A stretch of DNA of 64,000 nucleotides from Syntrophales bacterium (GTDB lineage: Bacteria; Desulfobacterota; Syntrophia; Syntrophales; UBA2210): positions 480,001 to 544,000 of the forward strand of contig CAXXNF010000001.1 in assembly GCA_963666365.2 (NCBI GenBank), in the 5' to 3' direction. The notes beneath the pieces are model-generated. The model was given only the letters and a program-made list of their open reading frames with translations, did not search any database and had not been told where the DNA came from. This document shows positions 39,909 to 50,523 of this stretch, piece after piece. Both the position numbers and the translations under genes were made by a program. Every line of letters begins with the position of its first letter. Positions within the stretch are counted from its first letter, which is position 1.

Positions 39909-40599
39909 GTTTCCGTGCTCCCTTCCTTGCCGTGATTGTTCCATCCTCCAGAGTATAGAGGGTATCCGCCGATCCTACTATTTTCTGATCGTGAGTGGAG
40001 AAGATGAAGGCGGTGCCTGATTTCTCCCTCATTGCTTTCATGAGATCGATAATCATGAAAGCCGTCTTGCTGTCGAGGTTCGCCGTCGGTTCATCGGCGA
40101 GCACAAGTTCGGGCTCCGTCACCAAAGCCCTGGCTATGGCAACCCGCTGTTTCTGTCCTCCCGAGATCTGATCGGGATACTTGTCTTTATGCTGCCGCAT
40201 TCCTACCGCATCCAGAAGCGACAGGACACGGCACCTTCTGGCTTCCGATGGCACATTCTGAACCAGAATGAGAGGATACTCGATGTTTTCATAGACGGTC
40301 AGCACGGGGATGAGGTTGAAATCCTGGAAAATGAATCCCATGTGCCGCCCCCGGAAGGCCGCTCTCGCCTTTCTGTCCAGTTTCAGCACATCGACGCCGG
40401 CGATGGTGAGACTGCCGCCCGATGGGACATCGAGACACCCGATAAGGTTTAAAAGGGTGGTTTTTCCGCTCCCCGAAGGGCCGACGAATGACAGAAACGA
40501 AGCCGGTTCGATTTCAAAACTCAGATCGCTCAACGCCCGTAGACTGACCTCCCCGACCTTGTAATCCTTGTACAAATCTTTGGCTGTTATCAATGGCAT
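39895..40599 (-). CDS. LolD-like ABC ATPase
   Basis: GPSGSGKTT, GFIFQDFNL, SGGQKQRVAIARAL, ADEPTANLD. Confidence 0.92.
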   Translation of the reverse strand: MPLITAKDLYKDYKVGEVSLRALSDLSFEIEPASFLSFVGPSGSGKTTLLNLIGCLDVPSGGSLTIAGVDVLKLDRKARAAFRGRHMGFIFQDFNLIPVLTVYENIEYPLILVQNVPSEARRCRVLSLLDAVGMRQHKDKYPDQISGGQKQRVAIARALVTEPELVLADEPTANLDSKTAFMIIDLMKAMREKSGTAFIFSTHDQKIVGSADTLYTLEDGTITARKGARKHGSL

Positions 40600-41062
40600 A
40601 TACTATTCCTGAAATCCGATTTACTGACGGATGGTATCGAAGGAAGAACAACGAACATACATGCAAAGGAAATTTAAAGTGCAGTATACAGCAAAAGAAT
40701 TCAACACACAAGCAGCGGCGGGGTGCATGCTTTTCAGTCAACGCACCACCTTTGTGTACAAGAAATCGACAGCGCGGATGCGGCAAAAAACAAACAGGGA
40801 AATGCCCATTCACTGCGGAAAGAATACCGCTTCAGCGCGAAGCGTCTGCCCGACGAATCGTACTTACAGTGTTGCGTGTTAGCTACTCGATACAATATTT
40901 ACAGTAGCATCCTTACTCCCTTATTTACCTCCCGATTGGAAATATTCAATAATATGGCGCTATTTCAGTATATTAGCTCTCTGGCATGAATTATGCTAAA
41001 ATGAGTATAAACAAATATAAGAACGAACAGGAACACCAACCAGAAGAAAGAAAAGGACTCCC

Positions 41063-41761
41063 GTGAAGCAATCAGCTCACAGTGCACATAGATCCTCTGT
41101 ATTTGATTTCAGTCCGCTCGCCAGTGAATACGACAAGTGGTATGAAACCGCTGAAGGTCATATATATGATCTGTTGGAAAAAAGGGCTATGCGGCACATC
41201 ATAGGGCAGGTCGAAGACGGGAAAACGATGCTTGAAGTGGGCGCAGGCACGGGGTGGTGGAGCAGTTTTTTCGGAGGATTGGGTTACCATGTGACCGGCG
41301 TGGATATTTCAAAGGAGATGGTTGAAACTGCATGTTTGAAAAGAATCCCCCATGCCCGCTTTCAAAGAGCCGACGGACACAGACTTCCCTTTCCCGATCA
41401 CAGCTTTTCCGCTTCAGCGGCTGTGACATCTATCGAATTTACAAGAAATCCCGCAACGGTTGTCAGAGAAATGGTTCGATGTATAAAACCCGGGGGAAGT
41501 CTTTTTCTTGGCGTACTTAACGAGGACGCACCGCTCAATAAGGAAAGACAAAAAAAGGGGAAGGTGTTCCTATCGGCCCGGTTCTATAGGGCAGATGAGC
41601 TTTATACATTGCTTTCCCCTTACGGCAAGCCGGTGATACGGCCATGCGCGTTCCCGTTATCCATAAAAATGCCGAAATCTCTGACCGGTATAGCTGATGA
41701 CCTTCAAGTCTTGCTGAAAATGTCATCAGGCGCACTTATCGCCGCACGGGTGGATATATAA
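41063..41761 (+). CDS. Class I SAM-dependent methyltransferase
   Basis: LEVGAGTG, GVDIS, LPFPDHSF, EMVRCIKPGG. Confidence 0.88.
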   Translation: MKQSAHSAHRSSVFDFSPLASEYDKWYETAEGHIYDLLEKRAMRHIIGQVEDGKTMLEVGAGTGWWSSFFGGLGYHVTGVDISKEMVETACLKRIPHARFQRADGHRLPFPDHSFSASAAVTSIEFTRNPATVVREMVRCIKPGGSLFLGVLNEDAPLNKERQKKGKVFLSARFYRADELYTLLSPYGKPVIRPCAFPLSIKMPKSLTGIADDLQVLLKMSSGALIAARVDI

Positions 41762-41842
41762 AAAGGCGAGGCATCAGCACAAACCGCCCACGAAATAGCA
41801 TAAGAGGCTATGCGTGCAGGCCTTAAAAGGAGACAACACATC

Positions 41843-42818
41843 ATGAAATTTCAGGAAAATATTCGCTTCGGCAGCAGGAAGAGCAGCGGCGGCCGGGGCG
41901 GATCTTATTGACTTGCAAGCCGGGCACCGTTATCTGCTCAGTCAATTTTACTCACGACGAGCCAATACACGCAACGACCAGTGGGGGAATTCAGAAAAAT
42001 TTGTCAAAGAAGTGGTGAATTCCGTCATGAACGCAGCCGGATCGATACCGATAATTGCAAGAATTTCGGGCAAGGAATTTGTCGCATGAGGATTGGATCC
42101 GGAAAACCAACTCGAGCTTTTCGCCCTTCTGGAACAAAAAGGGGTGGCCGCTCTGCACGTCGGCTTTGATAATTCTTGTGATAATCCTGCCTGGTATTTC
42201 GGCCACATGGCGCTTCCTGAGGAACCGCAGTATGAGATGCTTCGAAAAATACGATCGGAAGTTTCCATTCCGATTATAGCGGCGGGTCGCATGGGATACC
42301 CCGAACGGATTGAGAAAGTCATGAATGAAGGCATGGCTGATTGCATCGCTTTAGGCCGTCCGCTCATAGCCGATCCGGATTTCCCGAATAAAATTTTGAA
42401 TGGTGAACATGATTCAATATTGTTGTGCGGCGCCTGTCTTCAGACGTGTCTGAAAAAAGTGAGATCGGCCGCTCCAATTGCCTGCATGGCTAACCCATGG
42501 GTCACGGCTTCCTCCCCTAACCCAACGAAACATCCCAAACACGTCATGGTGGTGGGATCGGGCCCTGCCGGCATGGCGGCGGCGGTTACCGCATCGCAGA
42601 GGGGACACCACGTATCGCTCTATGAGCAACGTAATTTCGTCGGCGGACAGTTTGCTTTTGCCGTAAAGGCTGCGGGTAAAACCACCATATCGAGGGTGCT
42701 TAAGGGAATGTACAGGGTGTGGCAGCGGGCAGTGAAATCTGAGCAAGAAAAGAATAATGCCAGAGAAGGCGATGCCCGGGCGGTCAATTCGCCTTATCTC
42801 CGGCTTTCCTTTGATTGA
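41843..42818 (+). pseudogene. NADH:flavin oxidoreductase (OYE/2,4-dienoyl-CoA reductase type) remnant
   Basis: RBS and ATG at 41843, then out-of-frame AGADLIDLQAGHRYLLSQF, internal stop near 42087, ALGRPLIADPDFP, CxxCxxxC, VVGSGPAGM; C-terminus truncated. Confidence 0.8.
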
Positions 42819-42861
42819 AGGACTTTTTTCTCTTTACTCATCAATATCGCTATCCTTGGAT

Positions 42862-43152
42862 TCATTCCCTTTTTGCGGCCAAATCCAAAATCTCCTTCAC
42901 TAACTCAGGCTCTTTGAGGAAATAACATCTCAAGTTTGCGTCCTTTCGGCAGTCTATGATGCCACAGCGCTTTAAAACCGCCAGATGTTGAGAAATATTT
43001 GCCTGTCTTGTTCCCGTGAATTTTTCCACTTCGTTCACACATTTTTCACTCTTGACAAGTTCCATCAGTATTTTCAGACGCGTGTGATTGCCAGCGGCTT
43101 TAAAAAAATCGGACATCTTCTTGTAATCACCACTATTCATATATAACCTCAA
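42862..43152 (-). CDS. ArsR/SmtB-family regulator
   Basis: FKAAGNHTRLKIL, CVNEV, QANISQHLAVLK. Confidence 0.85.
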   Translation of the reverse strand: MRLYMNSGDYKKMSDFFKAAGNHTRLKILMELVKSEKCVNEVEKFTGTRQANISQHLAVLKRCGIIDCRKDANLRCYFLKEPELVKEILDLAAKRE

Positions 43153-43225
43153 CTTTTCAGTGTACGCCTATTCTTTTTTCAGTTTTTCCACCTGCCATGA
43201 ACACGAATCACGGGCGGTGCATAAT

Positions 43226-44575
43226 TTATGCGGGCGTTTTTAACGGAATGACCGCCTTGCATGCCGCATTGACGATCGGGTACATAATCGGCGACGAGGT
43301 GAGCGCCGGATGGGTTCCCATCTGAAATTTTACAATGTCGTCCGCAGTCATTTTATGCATGATACAGGCGCTCAGCACGTTTATCATTTCCCCTACTGGT
43401 TTGCCCCCGCATATGGAACCACCCAGAATCACCCCTGTATCTTTTGCGAATATAAGTTTTACCTTTGTGTGACAGGAGTTGGGCATGCCCCCCGGATGCG
43501 TATCCGGCGCCTCCGCCCTACCGATGACGATCTTCGCGCCCACCTGGTTTGCACATCTTTCGGTCAGGCCCGCCACGCCAAAAGCCCTTCCGTTGATGAC
43601 TGTGGAAAAAACGCTGATGGCGCCGCAATTCTGGTGAGTAGGAGAAAAGAGGTTCGCGCCGGCAATCCGCGCTTCCGAAGTGGCAATCGATGCAAGCATG
43701 ACCCCGATTGGCCTTCCGTCGAAGAACGATTGCTTTTCAGCACAGTCGCCGCAGGCAAAAATATCCGGATCAGTATAGGTTCGCATGTATCGATCCACCT
43801 TTATCGTATTTCTGAATCCGAGCTCCAACCCCGCCTTTTTCGCAAGATCGGTGTTGGGCAGCGCACCAATTCCAAGAATAACCATGTCTGCCTTGAGTTC
43901 GCTTCCTCCTGATAATTTGACTCCGTATACGCTTCCATTTCCCAGGATGGCTTCCACCGTCTGATTCACCAGGATGTGCACCCCCGTTTCTTCAAGCTTC
44001 GCCTGCGCCTCCTCACAATATTCATTGTCCATGGCCGCTTGCAGACAATGGGGCATGGCCTCGACCACAGTGACGTTTATTTCCCTGCCCTTTCTGCATT
44101 CATCGGCAAATTCCATGCCTATGAAGCCTCCGCCGATGATTACCAGATCTTTTACTTTGTTCATTTGGTTGTGGACTTCCGACAAATAATCGAATTCCTT
44201 TTTAACAGGATAGACATTCTTTTTATCGATACCCGGAATTGGCGGCACAAGCGGGACCGAACCGGTTGCAAATACGAGTTTTTCGTAGCTTATAATCTCC
44301 CCGTTTTTCATAACGACGGCTTTGTTTTCACGGTCGACATCAACTGCCTCGCCTCTGATCAGTTCAATGCCGTCATTTTCCAGAAGGCCGTCTGGAATCA
44401 CGTTGTTTTCCGGACCGCCCACGGTACCGTAAATATAAGGGATACCGCACGGTACAAGCACGGTCCCTTCTTTTCTTATGAGGATAATTTTCTTGTCAGG
44501 ATAATGTCTCCGGCAACTGATTCCCGCTGTAATACCAGACAATCCACCTAGAACAACCACATCCGCTTTCTTCAT
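43226..44575 (-). CDS. FAD-dependent pyridine nucleotide-disulfide oxidoreductase (NADH oxidase type)
   Basis: VPCGIPY, FATGS, IIGGGFIGME, FACGDC, THPALT; ATG 44575 with AGAGGA RBS. Confidence 0.88.
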   Translation of the reverse strand: MKKADVVVLGGLSGITAGISCRRHYPDKKIILIRKEGTVLVPCGIPYIYGTVGGPENNVIPDGLLENDGIELIRGEAVDVDRENKAVVMKNGEIISYEKLVFATGSVPLVPPIPGIDKKNVYPVKKEFDYLSEVHNQMNKVKDLVIIGGGFIGMEFADECRKGREINVTVVEAMPHCLQAAMDNEYCEEAQAKLEETGVHILVNQTVEAILGNGSVYGVKLSGGSELKADMVILGIGALPNTDLAKKAGLELGFRNTIKVDRYMRTYTDPDIFACGDCAEKQSFFDGRPIGVMLASIATSEARIAGANLFSPTHQNCGAISVFSTVINGRAFGVAGLTERCANQVGAKIVIGRAEAPDTHPGGMPNSCHTKVKLIFAKDTGVILGGSICGGKPVGEMINVLSACIMHKMTADDIVKFQMGTHPALTSSPIMYPIVNAACKAVIPLKTPA

Positions 44576-44613
44576 GTAACTTCCTCTTTTTTCATAAATA
44601 AGCCATAACCAGC

Positions 44614-45330
44614 TTAGCAGGCGCTTTCCACTCTTGTGTCGTTTTCCGAAGTCAAATTTACGTGCGCGCAGATTCCACGAAATCCTGATGCAGCAACAGG
44701 ATAAACACTGAATGACCGGTGTCCAAGCTGCAAAAGGATTGGAATAGCTTGAGGTTGTGCAAAAGTTTCCCCGCAAATTGTTACGTCGAGCTCACGACCC
44801 AAATCTCGGGCTTGATGGATTATAAATTTCATCAACCACAAAAATGCCGGATTTTTAATGTTCTTACAGTGGATAGCCTGCTCATTGTCGCGATCGGCCA
44901 CCATAAAATACTGCAGAAGATCGTTGGTACCTATGCTCACGAAATCAACCTCTGATAATATTTCTTTTACCGCAATGGCTGCCGCCGGTTTTCAATCATG
45001 GCCCCGAGGGTAACATTTTCGGAAAATGCAAGACCACTCTTTCGCAATTCATTTTTTACCGAGACGAAATGCCTTTTTACCTCCACCACATCATCTATCG
45101 TGGTAACCATGGGAATTAAAATTCCTGCATGGCCTTTGGCACCGGCATGGATTATGGCCCGCTGCTGCGCACGGAATTCCTCCGCCTGGCCCAGCAGATG
45201 CTGCCGGATACCGCGAACGACCAATGAGGGATTTTCACCGGTGCATTCCTGAAAAAGAACCTTTTTATCGGCGCCGATATCGAATGCCCGAATTTCAACA
45301 GTCCTGCCAGCAGATTTATCAATGGCATTG
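44614..45330 (-). pseudogene. ptsI: PTS enzyme I (PEP-protein phosphotransferase) C-terminal remnant
   Basis: RAFDIGADK, ILIPMV, LGAMIE, SIGTNDLLQY..ADRDN, TICGE across several frames. Confidence 0.8.
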
Positions 45331-45589
45331 CACCGATCTATATCACAACAATTGAATATATGGAAGAATGAATATTTCTACCCCCCTCAGGAAACAAAGC
45401 TTTTCAGCAAATTTTCAAAGTGAGGCAATCCTGCCTATAGATACCGATATCTTCAGTAAGCTCGCAGCGCCACCTGGCCACAGCGGTTCACCACATTACT
45501 CTCCTCTGACGGTTCTTTACAGGGTTTCTGACCATCATGCCCCGTTACAAAGATATCGCTATCGAAACCCTTCAGAGAGAATACATTAC

Positions 45590-46021
45590 ACGATTCATGA
45601 ACTGGAAGAACTCATGGAAAAGAATGGGGGCGACGTGCGCTTTGCCATCCATCCCGTTGCAGGGCGCATGCCGGGGCATATGAACGTCCTCCTCGCCGAG
45701 GCCAACGTGTCGTATGACAAGCTTGTCGAGATGGATGATATCAATCGGACGATCGCGGGGGTCGATGTCTGCATCGTGGTCGGCGCCAACGACGTGGTCA
45801 ACCCGGCCGCCCGTGAGAGTAAGGACAGTCCGATCTACGGCATGCCGATCATCAACGTGGATCGGGCAAAGACGGTCATCGTTCTGAAGCGTTCCATGGC
45901 GCCTGGTTTTGCCGGGATCGAAAACAATTTGTTCTATAAGGAAAACACCCGGATGCTCTTCGGCGACGCGAAGACGAGTATCGAAGCATTGTCTCCGAAT
46001 TCAAGCAAAAATGATGATTGA
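45590..46021 (+). pseudogene. pntB: NAD(P) transhydrogenase beta subunit, NADP-binding domain fragment
   Basis: FAIHPVAGRMPGHMNVLLAEA, GANDVVNPAA, SPIYGMP, LKRSMAPGFAGIEN; membrane domain absent. Confidence 0.85.
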
Positions 46022-46453
46022 AAAGCAGCAAGGCCCTGCATACAAAGAAAAAATGAGAACTGAAAGAAGGAAAATTTGTATGTGTTGCAGTGAAAACAGA
46101 CAGTATCGCCGATGCCGTACAGATGATACACGAAAATATGGGACTGATAGAAAAGGCCAAAAGCGAAGGAGATGAGAGAAAACACATTGTTCCGAAACGA
46201 TCGGCAAAGCTTTAACAAGAATTCGCCGTTCGGTTCCATAGAATCAATTATATGGTAAAAACTGAATTTTCTGGACATAATGTGCAGGAAACACCCATTA
46301 ACATGTCCCCTTAATTTTATTATGGCAGAAACATGTAACCCATCCCGGCGATCAGGCGACTATAAAATTAAAGCGAAACTCTTCATGAGATCGCACTCGT
46401 AAACCGAAGCTGCGATATTCTCATAAAGAAATTCAACGTAAAGGAGGCTGATC

Positions 46454-46816
46454 ATGAAACGGGTTATTGTGGTGGCACTTGCCCTATTTTTACTGGGGTT
46501 TGCCATGCCGAAACAGAGCGAGGCGGGCAATGCATGGGTGCCGGCGGCAATTATCGGCGGCATTATTGTGGGCGCTGCGATCTCTGAAGCGATGGACGCA
46601 GGCCGTGTGCATGCCTGTTACTCCCCTGCTCCGGTGTATGTCCATCGCCCGCCGGCGTGGACGTACATCCATCACCCACCGGCACGGGTGTATGTCAATC
46701 CTCACCACAGGGACACACATGCATATTACCGAGGACATGGGAAGAAATATGGACATCTGAATGGCACAGGGAAGGTGGGACCAAGACACAACCGCCGGCC
46801 TTTTCCTCATCGATAA
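46454..46816 (+). CDS. Small secreted Pro/His-rich protein
   Basis: AAGGAGG RBS, signal peptide, glycine-zipper-like IIGGIIVGAAI, PAPVYV/PPARVYV repeats. Confidence 0.55.
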   Translation: MKRVIVVALALFLLGFAMPKQSEAGNAWVPAAIIGGIIVGAAISEAMDAGRVHACYSPAPVYVHRPPAWTYIHHPPARVYVNPHHRDTHAYYRGHGKKYGHLNGTGKVGPRHNRRPFPHR

Positions 46817-46889
46817 CAATGAGCGGAAGCGGCCCTCCCGGCCTTGCGATCCAAGAGGGCCCTTCACTGAAAATTTTTTAGAGATCGAT

Positions 46890-47470
46890 CTATTTGCCGG
46901 CCATCATTGCCGTAATATCATCCTGCACTGTGCCTATCGGTCTGATGTCGAACTTCTCAACAAGGACATTGGCGACTGCCGGGGACAGAAAGGCCGGCAG
47001 GGTCGGCCCAAGGCGGATGCCCTTGACACCCAGGAACAGCAGGGCGAGCAGAACGGCAACGGCCTTCTGCTCGTACCAGGCGATATCGTAAGATATGAGC
47101 AGCTCCTTGATGTCATTGAGACCGAATACATCCTTAAGCTTCAGCGCAACGACGGTCAGAGAGTATGAATCATTGCACTGTCCGGCATCCAACACACGGG
47201 GAATGCCGCCTATTTCGCCGAGATCGAGTTTGTTCTAGCGGTATTTCGCGCAACCCGCCGTCAGAATAAGGGTATCATCCGGGAGATCTTCTGCTACCTC
47301 GATAAAATAGCTTCGTGCCTTCTGACGGCCGTCACAGCCCGCCATGATCGGTATAGGCGGCAACTCCCTTGAGATTAATGATCAGCAGTTCTCTCGAGGA
47401 ACACACATCCTCGTTTCCGGTCGATGTAATGCGCACCTCGTCAGAGACGGCCTTTGCCATGATATCCAAT
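46890..47470 (-). pseudogene. hcp: Hybrid-cluster protein (hydroxylamine reductase) remnant
   Basis: [13 protein letters not shown] (TAG 47235-47237), [29 protein letters not shown], joined to an N-terminal piece [16 protein letters not shown]. Confidence 0.85.
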
Positions 47471-47588
47471 CTATCAAACTTGTAATCCAAATTGTAATGT
47501 AACCGTACGACCAACTCATCTTTCGCTTGAACGCACATTGGATTATAGCTTCCCGTCATGAACACATTTCATGATTGGAGGATGCCCT

Positions 47589-47900
47589 ATGACACAACAA
47601 GAACGCACCGCCCACTGGTCGGCCATCGTAGAGCGGCAGATCGCAAGCGGGATGAGCGGTCTGGCCTGGTGCCAGATGCATCAGATCAATACGGCAAGTT
47701 TCTACTCCTGGCGCCGGAAACTCACTGAACCGCAAGGACAACAGGGATTTATCGAACTTGCATCCTCGACGGCCGACTATGCCGGCATTCGCATTTGCAT
47801 GGGGCCGCTTCTTTCCATCGAAGTGGAACGCGGCTTCGATCCCGTTACCCTGCGCACCGTTATTGAAACGCTTCATAATGGTTCCCCATGTTCGGCCTGA
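47589..47900 (+). CDS. tnpA: IS66 accessory protein TnpA
   Basis: W...SGMSGLAWC..HQINTASFYSWRRKL HTH. Confidence 0.88.
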   Translation: MTQQERTAHWSAIVERQIASGMSGLAWCQMHQINTASFYSWRRKLTEPQGQQGFIELASSTADYAGIRICMGPLLSIEVERGFDPVTLRTVIETLHNGSPCSA

Positions 47901-48229
47901 CAGCATCGGCACGCATCTATCTTTATCGCAGCCCCTGCGACATGCGCAAGTCCTTCGACGGCCTGTGCGGCATTGTCCGCGCCGAACTTAGCGCCGATCC
48001 CCTTTCGGGATCACTCTTCGTCTTCGTCAACCGGCGGCGGAACATGGTGAAGCTCCTGTACTGGGACAGCGACGGCATGGCCATCTGGCTGAAACGTCTG
48101 GAGCAGGGGTCCTTCGTGCTGCCTTCCCGGCAGTCCCGCGACGGTCATATCGAGCGCCGGGATCTGGCCATGCTCCTTGAGGGAATCGTGCCGAAAAAAG
48201 TGGGAAAACGGTACAAAATATGTGCATAA
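47888..48229 (+). CDS. tnpB: IS66 accessory protein TnpB
   Basis: PCDMRKSFDGL, LFVFVNRRR, KLLYWD, KRLEQG. Confidence 0.93.
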   Translation: MFGLTASARIYLYRSPCDMRKSFDGLCGIVRAELSADPLSGSLFVFVNRRRNMVKLLYWDSDGMAIWLKRLEQGSFVLPSRQSRDGHIERRDLAMLLEGIVPKKVGKRYKICA

Positions 48230-48281
48230 AAAATAATATAAACACTTGACATTATTATAGTTATGTGCTATACGCCCGCTC

Positions 48282-49892
48282 ATGATATTGACGGAAGCAC
48301 AAGAGATTATCGACCGAAAAGATGCTGCCTGGATTCTGGAATTTGCCGCCCAAAAGGATGCCCAGATCGAAGCGCTTACCCAGAAGCTCGAATCCGCCCA
48401 GCGCCAGTTGACCACCCTGCAGCATCAGATGGAACAGCTGCTGAAACGGCTCTACGGCCGCAAGTCCGAAAAGATCAACCCCGGTCAGCTGATGTTCGAC
48501 GACATGGTGCTTCAATCATTAGAGCAGAATGCGGCGGTGAAAGCACAGTTCGAAGACGCTTCTGCCACAGAGACTGTCAAGAAGCCCCGCAAGGCCTCCC
48601 GGCATCACGGCCGGGTTCCCATTCCGGAGCATCTCGAACGGGTGGAGATTCTGCTGGACGTGCCCGAGGATGAAAAGATCGATGCGGACACGGGCGCACC
48701 CCTGAAGGTCATTTCCGTGGAAGTCTCGGAGAAGCTGGAATACCGGCCGGGGAGACTGATCGTCAACGTCTACAAGCGGCCCCAGTATGCGCTGCCGGAG
48801 GCATCGGAATCTACCGCCGGCGTCATCGCCGCCTCGCTGCCCGATCACCCCATCGCCAAGTGCAAAGCCGACGTGGGGCTGCTTTCTCATCTGATCGTCA
48901 GCAAGTACGCCGATCATCTGCCTCTCTACCGACAGAACAGCATTCTGGAGCGGGAAGGAGTGGACATTCCCCGGGCCACCCAAACCAGCTGGCTCATGCA
49001 GGTCTATGAGAGCATTCGTCCCTTGGAAACAGTGCTTCAAAAGGCCGTCCTTGAGAGGGACGTGCTCTTTACCGACGATACGCCCGTTCCTCTGCAGGTC
49101 AAGGGAAACGGCAAGGTAAAGAAGGCCCGTCTCTGGGTCTATCTGCGGGGCGGTCCGGGACCGCCGCTGACGGCCTATGACTTCTCCATTGATCGGAGCA
49201 AGACGCGCCCACTGGAGTATCTCAATGATTACCAGGGGTACGTCCATGCCGACGCCTACGGCGGCTACGACGAACTTTTCAAAAAAGAAGAGATTATCGA
49301 AGTGGGTTGCTGGGCCCATACCAGACGGAAGTTCGACGAGGCGGTTTCATCGCGTCCTCAAGAGGCCACGGACATCCTTGCCCGCATCGCCCGGCTCTAT
49401 CACGAGGTGGAGACCCCCTGTGCCGAGATGACGCCCGAGGAGCGGCGCCGTTTCCGGCAGGCGCATGCAACGCCGCTGCTTGAGGGAATCTTTGCAAAGA
49501 TTGAGGAACTGAGGCCCCGGACGACGCCCTCGGAGCCGTTGCGGACGGCCATCAACTACGCCCTGAATCAGCGGGAGGCGCTCTGCCGCTATCTGAAAGA
49601 CGGACGGTTAAGACCCGACAACAACCTGGCGGAAAACGCCATTCGGCCCATAGCGGTAGGTCGAAAAAACTGGCTCTTCGTGGGCAGCGAACGGGGCGGC
49701 CGGGCGGCGGCCCTTTATATGGGTCTCGTTCAATCTTGCAAAAACTGCGACGTCAACCCCTGGGAGTACTTTGACGACATGCTTCGGCGGATCATGAGCC
49801 ATCCCGTAAACCGCCTGCGGGAACTGCTTCCCGATCAGTGGAAGCCTGTGCCCAGGGATGAACGGGGCCTGATCATCCAGGGAAAACAATAA
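48282..49892 (+). CDS. tnpC: IS66 DDE transposase TnpC
   Basis: LYGRKSEK, SKYADHLPLYRQ, DDTPV, DAYGGY, GCWAHTRRKF, DNNLAENAIRPIAVGRKNWLF. Confidence 0.95.
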   Translation: MILTEAQEIIDRKDAAWILEFAAQKDAQIEALTQKLESAQRQLTTLQHQMEQLLKRLYGRKSEKINPGQLMFDDMVLQSLEQNAAVKAQFEDASATETVKKPRKASRHHGRVPIPEHLERVEILLDVPEDEKIDADTGAPLKVISVEVSEKLEYRPGRLIVNVYKRPQYALPEASESTAGVIAASLPDHPIAKCKADVGLLSHLIVSKYADHLPLYRQNSILEREGVDIPRATQTSWLMQVYESIRPLETVLQKAVLERDVLFTDDTPVPLQVKGNGKVKKARLWVYLRGGPGPPLTAYDFSIDRSKTRPLEYLNDYQGYVHADAYGGYDELFKKEEIIEVGCWAHTRRKFDEAVSSRPQEATDILARIARLYHEVETPCAEMTPEERRRFRQAHATPLLEGIFAKIEELRPRTTPSEPLRTAINYALNQREALCRYLKDGRLRPDNNLAENAIRPIAVGRKNWLFVGSERGGRAAALYMGLVQSCKNCDVNPWEYFDDMLRRIMSHPVNRLRELLPDQWKPVPRDERGLIIQGKQ

Positions 49893-50026
49893 TCAGTGCA
49901 CCGTATTCCGGCGGTTGAATCCCGTAATCATATTATCAAAGAGCACCGGCTGTACCGGTTTTAGGTACAGCGTACTTCATGTAAAATTCTTTTGCTATAT
50001 GAGTTGGTCGTACGCTTACATTGTAA

Positions 50027-50055
50027 TTGACAGGCAAAACAAATCTAAGTATATT
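50027..50055 (+). promoter_or_regulatory. Sigma-70-type promoter
   Basis: TTGACA (50027-50032), 17 nt, TATATT (50050-50055). Confidence 0.6.
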
Positions 50056-50135
50056 TAGTTCTTCAAAGATCGGTCTCCCTCATACAAACAAATAAAATCA
50101 ACTTATGGCTTGGAGTTTGCAAAAAGGAGGATTTT

Positions 50136-50399
50136 ATGCGTTTTTATTCACTTTTCAAAGCAAAAGGCCTGTGGATTTATTCAGTGGTAGTGCTGCTGAT
50201 CGGAATTTTGGTCGGTGGCGGATTGACCACGGCGGTGTTTTCTGCTCCCTCCTGTGGTACCAGTGGATTAAATGTCTTCGTAAAATTAGGGCTGAATGAA
50301 ACAGCTTCAATCGAGGTCAAAGACAAAAACACGCAAAAATTGGTTGTACAAGACTATTATGGCGGAGATATCGTTATCATCAGGGTTGAAGCAAAATAG
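50136..50399 (+). CDS. Small membrane-anchored hypothetical protein
   Basis: AAGGAGG RBS; one TM segment. Confidence 0.55.
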   Translation: MRFYSLFKAKGLWIYSVVVLLIGILVGGGLTTAVFSAPSCGTSGLNVFVKLGLNETASIEVKDKNTQKLVVQDYYGGDIVIIRVEAK

Positions 50400-50523
50400 C
50401 AGGAATTCTCAAGGAATCTGATCAGGGAACTTTATAATCATAAATTTCTACTGTCATCGGCTGCGTGCAGCGTTCGGTTTGGTTTGCTTTATTTCTTACC
50501 GCGAAAGCAGAGGAGGTTGCAAG

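Larger units (their letters stand above)
47499..50019 (+). mobile_element. Complete IS66-family insertion sequence (2521 bp)
   Basis: Terminal inverted repeats GTAACCGTACGACCAACTCAT (47499-47519) and ATGAGTTGGTCGTACGCTTAC (49999-50019), 20/21 match; 8-bp duplication ATTGTAAT at 47491-47498 and 50020-50027. Confidence 0.97.

Noticed and set aside
40600..41060. Cys-rich short ORFs upstream of the ABC operon
   Set aside because: Overlapping frames without RBS or family motifs; cannot be supported.
42085..42092. TGA in the flavin oxidoreductase as possible Sec
   Set aside because: Not a Cys-type position, and the gene has other lesions.
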